From a virus (taxonomy: Duplodnaviria > Caudoviricetes), in the IMG/VR virus record IMGVR_UViG_3300011403_000019, positions 1 to 43,513 of that record: 43,513 nucleotides of DNA, one strand, 5' to 3'. The notes below the pieces were generated by a model. That model worked only from the letters and a program-made list of their open reading frames with translations, was not told the DNA's origin and searched no databases. The first letter of the stretch is position 1; each line of letters starts with the position of its first letter. Shown here piece by piece: positions 8,497 through 17,100 of the stretch. The translations under genes were made by a program, and so were the position numbers.

Positions 8497-9273
8497 GTGG
8501 AGTTGAAGATAGAGAAACCTACTGACATGCTATCGCGTATGTCAATGATACTATGGGGTGATGCAGGTTGTGGTAAGACTACACTAGCTGCAACTGCGCC
8601 CGGTCGTAAGCTGTTCATCGCATTAGATCCTGACGGTGATATGTCTATTCGTAACATGCCTAATTGGGCACGTATCAACCTGACAAGTGAGAAGTCTGTA
8701 GACATTGTTAAGGAAGGAATGAAGCCTGACCCCTATACATTGTATAACATGCTGAATGACTTCGACACTGTGATCGTAGATAGCCTCACGAAGTTCTCTG
8801 AACATGCACTACGTCACGCTGTCAACGTCGCACCTAAGTCTAGCATCGAGTCGCCGGGTTTGAATGGCTACGGTATGCGTAACATCTACGTTGGTGCCTT
8901 CGTGTCTAACATGATCCGTATCACTGGCATGCTCAACAAGCACATCATCTTCATCACGCACGAGAAAGATGCAGATCGTAATAGCGATGGTGGTGTGATC
9001 GGTGTGAGCATGATGCTCGGCGGTCAACTACCTAACATGACGAGCAAGGACATCAGTGAAGTATGGAACATGCGTGATCAAGGTGGCAAACGCTATATCT
9101 CTATACGCCCTGAGCGGTTGAGAAGCCCGATGAAATCACGCATGTTCGACATGTCAGGCAACACCTCGTTCGAGTGGAAGTACAACGCTAACAAGAACGA
9201 AGGCAACACTATAGCTGACTGGTGGGACACATTCACCAAAGGCGGCTACGTTAAACTCCCAATCCCGAAATAG
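8497..9273 (+). CDS. AAA_24/Sak4-like P-loop ATPase (recombinase)
   Basis: Walker A GDAGCGKT, Walker B VIVDSLT, IIFITHEK; lies between exonuclease and SSB-like gene. Confidence 0.8.
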   Translation: MELKIEKPTDMLSRMSMILWGDAGCGKTTLAATAPGRKLFIALDPDGDMSIRNMPNWARINLTSEKSVDIVKEGMKPDPYTLYNMLNDFDTVIVDSLTKFSEHALRHAVNVAPKSSIESPGLNGYGMRNIYVGAFVSNMIRITGMLNKHIIFITHEKDADRNSDGGVIGVSMMLGGQLPNMTSKDISEVWNMRDQGGKRYISIRPERLRSPMKSRMFDMSGNTSFEWKYNANKNEGNTIADWWDTFTKGGYVKLPIPK

Positions 9274-9380
9274 CCCTACTACATCTAGTAGTAGTTCTAT
9301 CCACACGGACTAGCCGTCGTAGCTTGCTAGTTCTAATGTGTGGTTGTACGCTGTATAGCTACATAAACATGGAGACTACA

Positions 9381-9788
9381 ATGGGTTTGCTTACCTTTAG
9401 TTCTAACATTGCCGATGCGGAAGCACCTCCGCAGCTACCGCCGGGTGAGTACAAGGTGATCTGTTCTGCTGCACAGGACAAGGTTGCTGCGTCATCTGGC
9501 AACACGATGCTCACGCTCACGTTGCAAGTGCCACGCTCGGAGTTCCCTGCTGACTTCGATCCGGGTGATGGTGTTGATGAGTTGACGTTCACTCTCAACG
9601 TGGTAGCTCGCGACATTCCGGCTGATCGCTGGCGGTTGAAGAAGACGTGCCAAGCGTTCGGTGTCGCTGCATCTAACGCGGTTGATCCTAACGACTTCGT
9701 AGGTCGTGAAGCTCGCGCCCGCGTTCGTATGGGTAAAGACCTTGAGAACAATCCACGTGCGGAAGTGTCTCAGGTGTTGCCTATCTAA
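9381..9788 (+). CDS. DUF669-like single-stranded DNA-binding protein
   Basis: LPPGEY...SSGNTMLTL...WRLK...FVGREARARV pattern; follows the Sak4-like gene; GGAG RBS. Confidence 0.65.
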   Translation: MGLLTFSSNIADAEAPPQLPPGEYKVICSAAQDKVAASSGNTMLTLTLQVPRSEFPADFDPGDGVDELTFTLNVVARDIPADRWRLKKTCQAFGVAASNAVDPNDFVGREARARVRMGKDLENNPRAEVSQVLPI

Positions 9789-9804
9789 CTAGCCTGTGTA
9801 TACT
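9777..9804 (+). promoter_or_regulatory. Putative promoter for the 95-aa gene
   Basis: TTGCCT-16 nt-TATACT, same spacing as the promoter family. Confidence 0.45.
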
Positions 9805-9872
9805 AGCTAGGTGGCGTACTCAACGTGCGCCATCTAGCACTTCAACCCAACTCTTACAAGAGGATACACCTA

Positions 9873-10160
9873 ATGGCTACTTCTCCTATCCGTTCCGCCA
9901 CTTCATCGTCCGCGAAGAAGCAGGTCAACCGCGCACCGCAGAAGCGCACGTTCCATTTCTTCGTGCGTGTCACCGATGAAGCTGGCAACGTCATCCCAGG
10001 TGCCAAGCTCACTGTGGATCGCATCATGTCTGACGCACGTAAGGTGGTCGAGTTCCTTGACACCCCTGAGTATGCCAACTCGGGCCTGACGCGCATCAAG
10101 CATGAGGTCATCGCCAACAAGCGCGGTGAGGAAAGCGATGGAGCTACGTCAGTCGGTTAA
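9873..10160 (+). CDS. Small protein with basic N-terminus, possibly nucleic-acid binding
   Basis: GAGGA RBS; C-ending codon bias; flanked by hairpins. Confidence 0.7.
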   Translation: MATSPIRSATSSSAKKQVNRAPQKRTFHFFVRVTDEAGNVIPGAKLTVDRIMSDARKVVEFLDTPEYANSGLTRIKHEVIANKRGEESDGATSVG

Positions 10161-10194
10161 CGCCCCCGTTTCGTCTAGCTGACTGACTGAGCAG

Positions 10195-10239
10195 CGCCGT
10201 GCACACTTGTATTCCCCCTGTGTGTGCGGCGTTTGCTTT
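10195..10239 (+). terminator. Hairpin, probable terminator
   Basis: CGCCGTGCACAC/GTGTGTGCGGCG (two G-U pairs) followed by TTTGCTTT. Confidence 0.55.
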
Positions 10240-10290
10240 ATACAACGTATAGCTGGCTGCGAAACCTAGCAGCATATAAGGAACATCGCT

Positions 10291-11631
10291 ATGGAATTAG
10301 ATGCGGAACAGCAAGCCGCAGTAGCTGCTTGCATAGATACAGCTAAGCGTCTTGTCAGCGTAACAGGTGAGGCTGGCACAGGTAAGACTACAATCATCAA
10401 GCAAGCTTGCGAACAACTCGATGCAGTTGGTGTATCATTCGCAATCGCTGCACCTACTGGTAAGGCAGCGCGGCGTATTAGAGAAGCGACCGGCTACCCA
10501 GCTACAACTATCCACAAGCTGCTAGAGTTTAACCGCCCTGACATAGACGAAGAAACAGGTGAACCTACATCTGTTAGTGGTCCCACTCGCAAACGCACCA
10601 ACCCACTTGAGCAATACGTTATCATCGTCGATGAGTATGCGATGGTATCAACAGCACTACATCGTGACCTAGTAGCAGCTATCCCTAGTGGTGGCTGCTT
10701 GCGTACGTTCGGTGATGTTCGACAACTACCACCGATCGAGAACACACAACTAGCTGATCCAACGTCGCCGTTCAGCAAGTGTCTCGCTATGCCTAACACC
10801 TTCACACTCAACAACATCTATCGACAAGCCGAAGGCAACGGCATCATCGAAGCTGCTCGACGTATCGCACGTGGTCAGTTCTTTACTAGCAATCAAGACG
10901 TTGGCGTACATCTAGGCGACGCAGTGCTGCATACATTGTATGGCTCACTTACTAACAGCGAGGTAGATTGGAGTAGCATCAACAACCAGATCATATCGCC
11001 AGCACGTAAGAGTGACATCGGCACTATCAGGTTGAACACCATACTACAAGCACGCTTCAACCCTACCATGCCGGGTAAGATCGAACTACCACGCAACAAG
11101 TGGGAGGTGAAGAACAAGGTCTACGTCAGCATAGGCGACAAGGTTGTATGCAACACGAACAGCTACGACCTACGTGACTACGGTGAACGCTTCACAGAGT
11201 ATAACAACAATGGTGTCGGCTTGATGGGCAGCTTCATCCCATGTCCTGAGACTAAGCAGATGCTCAACGGTGAGGTAGGTAAGGTAGTAGACATCGACCC
11301 ACTAGGTGTACTTGAGATTGACTTCGGTGATCGCATTGTCGAACTACCACCAGCCGTTGAGGAATACAGTGCTAAGCATATGCGACACTACACCTACGAC
11401 CCACGTAAGGTGATCGAGCTAGCCTACGCACTGACAACTCACAAGTGTCAAGGTAGTCAGTACGACAACGTGACATACATCATGGCATCATGTGCGTTCT
11501 TCAACCTAAGCCGACCTAACTTCTATACAGGAGTAACACGCGCAGCAAAGCACGCAACGATAGTAACCGACCAACGCAGCCTAGCTACATCGCTCAAGTC
11601 AATGGGTTGGAAAAGGAAGTTCAACAAATGA
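10291..11631 (+). CDS. RecD/Dda-like SF1B helicase
   Basis: GEAGTGKT, APTGKAA, TIHKLL, IVDEYAMV, GDVRQLPP, YRQ, LAYALTTHKCQGSQY, YTGVTRA. Confidence 0.9.
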   Translation: MELDAEQQAAVAACIDTAKRLVSVTGEAGTGKTTIIKQACEQLDAVGVSFAIAAPTGKAARRIREATGYPATTIHKLLEFNRPDIDEETGEPTSVSGPTRKRTNPLEQYVIIVDEYAMVSTALHRDLVAAIPSGGCLRTFGDVRQLPPIENTQLADPTSPFSKCLAMPNTFTLNNIYRQAEGNGIIEAARRIARGQFFTSNQDVGVHLGDAVLHTLYGSLTNSEVDWSSINNQIISPARKSDIGTIRLNTILQARFNPTMPGKIELPRNKWEVKNKVYVSIGDKVVCNTNSYDLRDYGERFTEYNNNGVGLMGSFIPCPETKQMLNGEVGKVVDIDPLGVLEIDFGDRIVELPPAVEEYSAKHMRHYTYDPRKVIELAYALTTHKCQGSQYDNVTYIMASCAFFNLSRPNFYTGVTRAAKHATIVTDQRSLATSLKSMGWKRKFNK

Positions 11632-14159
11632 ACATGACAGAACTGCGCGACAAGTTCACACTACAAGCACAGACGGCGGGTATGGTTGTGGAGTGTGCGA
11701 TGGGAGGTGTCACCCTTGCCACACTCGCAGTGATAGCCGAAGCTCCCGGACGTAACGAGATCGCTCAAGGTGTGCCACTGGTAGGTGGGGCGGGCAACAT
11801 ACTGTGGAAGGCCATACGCACATACTGTCCAGAGGTGAAACGCCATGAATGTTACGTCACTAACGTAGTCAAGCGCCAAGTCGCGTTTGATGTAACTGAC
11901 AGCACTAATCGTAAACCAGTTGGTAAGCATGAGCTGACTTCATGGCAAGAGCTATTGCTGTGGGAGCTATCACTACTACCCAATCTCAAGCACGTACTAC
12001 TGCTAGGCAACTACGCAGTCGAAGCGGTGCTAGGTAAGAAAGGGATAACTAACTGGCGCGGCAGTGTAATGGATTGTCAGATACTTGGCAAGCCTGTCAC
12101 AGCTATATGCACATACAACCCTGCCTACTGCGCACGTGATCCTATGTCACACGTCATCTTCGACATGGACATCGCTGATAAGCTACGCCCTGTGATACTT
12201 GGCAAGTACAAACCACATGCAGTCACTACCCACATCAACCCCACCTACACACAAGCAGTTGACTATATTCGTATGTGTAAAGCCTCACGTGATCCGGTCG
12301 CTTCGGACATTGAGGTCATCAGTAATGAGACAGCTTGCGTCGGCCTTGCTCCTACAGCACACGAGGCCATGTGCATCGCATTCCGTAACGAACAAGATAA
12401 CATCTATACACCGTATGAAGAACGAAGCCTACGCTCTAATCTGCAACAGCTATACACATCGCCTACTGCAAAGCTGGTGTGGCAGAATGGAGGCTTCGAC
12501 ATGGCGTGGCTCTGGTTTAAGGATCGCATTCGCTGCAAGCCAGCATACTCCGACACGCTGCTTGGTCATCATGTGTTATATCCCCCAATGCCGCACGACC
12601 TTGGCTTCATCGTCAAGCAGTACACAATGCATCCGTACTATAAGAATGAGAAGGACGATTGGCGTCACACAGGGGGTGTTGATAATTTCTGGATATACAA
12701 CTGTAAAGACTGCGCTCTCACACTTGCAGCGAATGCGCACATCGTTGCGGAGTTGAAGGAGCAGAAGCTAGACAAGTTCTACTTCGAGCATGTCATGCGC
12801 TTGCAAGCACACCTAGTACTAATGACTGTCGGTGGTGTGCTCAACGACATGCCGATGCGTGAGCAGATGCTAGATCCTAACATCGGTGGCAACCTATACG
12901 CTGACCTACAACGCAAGCTGCAAGAGTTCTACGACGCAGCACGTAAGGCTGTTGGTGATGAGTACTACACACCTAACCCTAACAGCCCGAAGCAGATGGC
13001 AGAGCTATACTTCAGTAAGCTGAAGCTTGTCGGCAGGGGAACGAGTACTGACGCTACCAATCGCGAATTGATGCGTAAGCACCCAAGAACCCCTGCCGCT
13101 GCACGTGCAGTGCTTGATGCTGTAGATGCGTACATCGAAGACGACAAGTTCTACAGCGTGTATGCATCAGCTAGGCCAGACAACGACTCACGGATGCGAT
13201 GCGACTACAGACAAACGGGGGTACGCAACGCGCCGGGTAGATTGAGTAGTGCTCAAACGCTGTGGGGTAGTGGAGCTAACCTTCAGAACATTCCCGACCG
13301 CGCGAAAGCGATGTTCATTGCTGATCCTGACTGCTGCTTTATATACATCGACGGCAGTCAAGCGGAGGCTCGCGTCGTCGGCTGGCGCTACAACATCGAC
13401 ACGTGGATTGCTCAGTTTGAGCGGGCGCGTATTGATGGCTCCTACGATTGTCACCGCGCTCTTGCCGCTGACATGTTCGACATACCGTACGACAAGGTTC
13501 CCACCTTCGACCGCTACCCATTGGACGACATCGCCGCTAAGCGCGACGGCATCGAGTACAACGCGGAGCTTGCTGGCAAGCCAACCATTCGCTTCGTTGC
13601 TAAGAGGTGTCGTCATGGTCTTAACTACCGTATGATGCCTGACAGGCTCGCGCTTACAACTGGCTTATCACTAAGCACAGCAAGCGAGGCGTTTGTCAAG
13701 TACCATAAGCTAACTCCCGAACTGAAGAAAGGTTGGGAGCAAGACCTAAAAAGGGTTCGTGAGGAACGAGCGATCTACAATGCATACGGTAGGCGGTACA
13801 TGCAGTTGATACCAGCTACCGATGAAAGCACCGAAGCTATCGTAGCATTCTATCCACAGTCAACTATCGGGGATCACATATGCAGGGTAATATACAAAGC
13901 GCACGACGACCCCGCTTGGCCGAAGGGTAAAGCACGCATCGCACTTAACACACACGATGGACTCATCGGTATCGCTCGACGTGATGTAGCTAAAGCCGCT
14001 CTTAGGATACTCGTTAAGCACGCAGAAGCACCCATCCTGATAGGAGGTAAGCAACTCATAATCCCTGCCGAATGCGGTATATCTGTGCCAGATGCCGATG
14101 GTGTTCATCGGTGGTCTACTATCAAGAAGATCAAGAAGGCTGACGTATACAGTGTATAG
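11628..14159 (+). CDS. Family A DNA polymerase with N-terminal UDG family 4-like domain and 3'-5' exonuclease
   Basis: UDG-like AEAPGRNE...LVGGAG and YNPAY; exonuclease DIE, QNGGFD, YNCKD; polymerase GRLSS, NLQNIP, DGSQAEAR, RFVAKRCRHGLNY, PQST, THDG. Confidence 0.9.
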   Translation: MNMTELRDKFTLQAQTAGMVVECAMGGVTLATLAVIAEAPGRNEIAQGVPLVGGAGNILWKAIRTYCPEVKRHECYVTNVVKRQVAFDVTDSTNRKPVGKHELTSWQELLLWELSLLPNLKHVLLLGNYAVEAVLGKKGITNWRGSVMDCQILGKPVTAICTYNPAYCARDPMSHVIFDMDIADKLRPVILGKYKPHAVTTHINPTYTQAVDYIRMCKASRDPVASDIEVISNETACVGLAPTAHEAMCIAFRNEQDNIYTPYEERSLRSNLQQLYTSPTAKLVWQNGGFDMAWLWFKDRIRCKPAYSDTLLGHHVLYPPMPHDLGFIVKQYTMHPYYKNEKDDWRHTGGVDNFWIYNCKDCALTLAANAHIVAELKEQKLDKFYFEHVMRLQAHLVLMTVGGVLNDMPMREQMLDPNIGGNLYADLQRKLQEFYDAARKAVGDEYYTPNPNSPKQMAELYFSKLKLVGRGTSTDATNRELMRKHPRTPAAARAVLDAVDAYIEDDKFYSVYASARPDNDSRMRCDYRQTGVRNAPGRLSSAQTLWGSGANLQNIPDRAKAMFIADPDCCFIYIDGSQAEARVVGWRYNIDTWIAQFERARIDGSYDCHRALAADMFDIPYDKVPTFDRYPLDDIAAKRDGIEYNAELAGKPTIRFVAKRCRHGLNYRMMPDRLALTTGLSLSTASEAFVKYHKLTPELKKGWEQDLKRVREERAIYNAYGRRYMQLIPATDESTEAIVAFYPQSTIGDHICRVIYKAHDDPAWPKGKARIALNTHDGLIGIARRDVAKAALRILVKHAEAPILIGGKQLIIPAECGISVPDADGVHRWSTIKKIKKADVYSV

Positions 14160-17100
14160 CTACGGGACCGGCTGTTGTTGCGTACCGACAGGAGCAGCAG
14201 CCGGTCTACCACTGTTCTCACGCATGATCTTGTCAAGCGTAGACATGTTAATCTGCCTACCGCGTAGTAGTGGTTGCAGAGCTTGACCATACTTATCGCT
14301 TATCACCTGCTCAGCATACAGCGTTGCAAGCCTTTGCTGTTCTAGGTTAGCATTCTGCAACTTCACATACTTGTTCTTCTCTTGAGTGCGTTGTTCGAGT
14401 GGCATGTTATACTGTGCATCAATGCCACGTACAGCCGCACGTATCTTTGCTTGCTGTGCTTTCAGCTTGCCTAGATCACCACTTGGATACTGCCACGCTG
14501 CGATGTCATTAGCGATTTGTGTAAGCAGTGCACTAGTCATCGCCTTCTCAGGTATACCACCAGCATCCACCGCAGCTTGTCTACGCTCCATCGCAGCCTT
14601 GCCTAAGTCATTACGCATACCTACAATAGAGCTGATGTGCACATTGTTCTGTGATGTCACCTGCCACGTTGGCGTCATTGCACTGTAGCGTTCTTTGTTC
14701 TGCCATACTAGCGGTATCTCTGGCACCCTAGACACAGTGCGATCAAACACTTCACCAGTAGCACGACGCAACCCTTCACCGTAGTTAGCACTCTCTCTAG
14801 GTGTTGGCAGTGGCGAAGGCCCTGTGCCTTTGTTGTAGTTAGCAGAGTGCAACATCACATCAGTAGCCATCGCTATGTGTGTACCCATAGCACCGAACAT
14901 AGCGGCCATCATCAACGATGTGCTATTGCTTATCTCACCTAAGTTAGACACGCTCTCCGCATTAGGACCAGCACGGAACAGTGAGCCACTATCACGTATC
15001 CAATTGCCACCACGTGTTTCAGACGTAGATGGATCAAGCCGCTTGCCACTCTGTGCAAGTAGTATCTGCAACACAGGCGGCATAGCTGGTGTGAAGCTAT
15101 CAATGAACACCTTGCCTATGTCACTGCTCAATGGCTTGATAGTAGCACTACTAGGAATAGCGCCCATCATCTGAAAGAATGCGGCAGTACCAGCAACCAT
15201 GCCTGCGATGTCAGGAGGTATGCGTATCTTATAGTACAAGTCCTCGCTGAATGGCAGCGTCTTACCTTGGAAGTGTGCTAGTGCTAGCTTCGGTGCGGGC
15301 AAGTATGCGTAGCGATACCTGTCATACTCAGGTGTCTGCTCCCACAGCATCTTGCGGCTCTCGTCATTCCAGTGCGTCATAAAGTAGTATGACTGTGCTA
15401 TAGCACCCATACCCACCATCATACGCGGTAGTGTCGTAAGCGCGGTATCCCTACCGAACATGTTCCGTATCAGGTGATATGCACCTAACTTGGTCTGCGT
15501 CATGTAAGGTACCATGCGCTCTACATCTTGCATTATCTTACTACCCGGTACAAGCGACATGTCACCGGCGATATTGCGTGTCTCATCAAGTAGTCGCTCT
15601 ATCCGAGCAGGAGGTATATTGCCACCATACTGACGTGACAACATCGCATGGTTCTGTGTGTAGTACTGCACCTTGTCAGCCATGTGGAAGCTGTCAAGTA
15701 TGTCTGTATACAACTGCCACACATGCCTCATAGGTGCAGGCACATGCTCCTTCATTGCACTGAATGAGTTGCGTACAACTGGTATGTTGTCGATGCTATG
15801 TGTACCATGCCCAGCACCACCTCTGCGCACCGCTACAGCTTCAGCATTGTCAGCCCACAGCGCAGCGCGTGATGCCGCAGCGATCACAGCATTATATGCA
15901 CGTGGACCTAGTGCAGTCTGCAACGCCTGAAAGGGCGCTACCTGTTGTGCAAGTGCTCGCGCTATGGGACGTGTCAAGTAGTGTGTCTGTAGTTGAATAA
16001 GGTTCCTAATCGCGTAGTACGGTATACCAACTATCACCGATGATATGTCAGGCACTACAGCGTTGATGCCTCTAGCTACACGCTCTGGTAAGAACTGATG
16101 CAGCCTATGTGATATAGGTCCGAAGACACGATCATTCCTATGGGTCAGCATCGCAATCGCTGTATTGTAGTAAGCGTTGATGAATGCGAATGGTGCGTTG
16201 CCTGGACCTGTTGTCCAGAACTTATTGTTGTTAGTGATGACTGTAACAGCTTTCATCAAGCCACTAAGTTGCACAGGCTCCATGCGCGCAGCACGTGCTA
16301 CTTCAGGATCACCGAACTCCCATACACGTGCACGACCGTTCTCCCACTCGATGCCGATGTTAGGGCTATCTTCTAGGTGTCTAAACTGCTGCGACTTTAG
16401 CTGTGCAGGTGTGAACCAGTAACGACCCTGCCCACTTTGTACAGCACGTATACGCCCATTGGTAACAAGGTGTGAAGGATTACCAACAGCATCACGTGTT
16501 AGCAGTCTAAACAATTGATTACGTGCTGTCGTGTGTGCAGCCTCACGTAGCGTCTTATCTGTATATTGTTTCGCCGCACTTAGTGGATGCAGTGGTTGTG
16601 TGATGCGTGTCTCTGGCGCATTAGGTGTAGTAGGTGGTTGTGGTATCTCTCTGCTGAATGAGCGTAGTGGACCTTCACGTAGTGCACCCTTAGACGTACC
16701 CTCGCTAGCCCTGAGCCTTGAGGTACGTGCTTTATCACTGAGGTCTGCAAACGTACGCGACCAACCAGTTAGATCACCGTGCGGATCGCTGACTGCTTGT
16801 ACATAGTACGGGTTGCGTCTATGCCATTCATCAGCAACAACGCTCGACAACCTACCACTTCTTACCTGTCTATCAAGCAACTCTCTATTGCGCGCTTGTA
16901 CAGCGTTCCTATACGCAGCAACTTGTGGATCAGGATCAACTATGAATGCATTACGTGCAGCGAATACAGAGTTCTGCGGACGTGCGGGTATGCGTTGACG
17001 TGCTGTAGGATCATCAGCTACTAGCCGTTGCAAGTCAGTCTGTAATGCAGCTTCCTCTCTACGCAAGCCCGCTAGTGACGACTGGTGCGTGTAAGGATTG

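Noticed and set aside
2-10251. TATAC boxes as a CRISPR array (a Cas4-like gene is nearby)
   Set aside because: Repeats are 13 bp, irregularly spaced by hundreds of bases and inside genes; the nuclease fits a standard phage recombination module
12199-13635. Alternative-frame ORFs within the polymerase as a possible intron, intein or frameshift
   Set aside because: The polymerase frame is continuous with all motifs at normal spacing
11628-14159. Z-genome or hmU/dU modified-DNA system
   Set aside because: No purZ, dUTPase, dCMP deaminase or thymidylate-synthase-like genes recognised in the window
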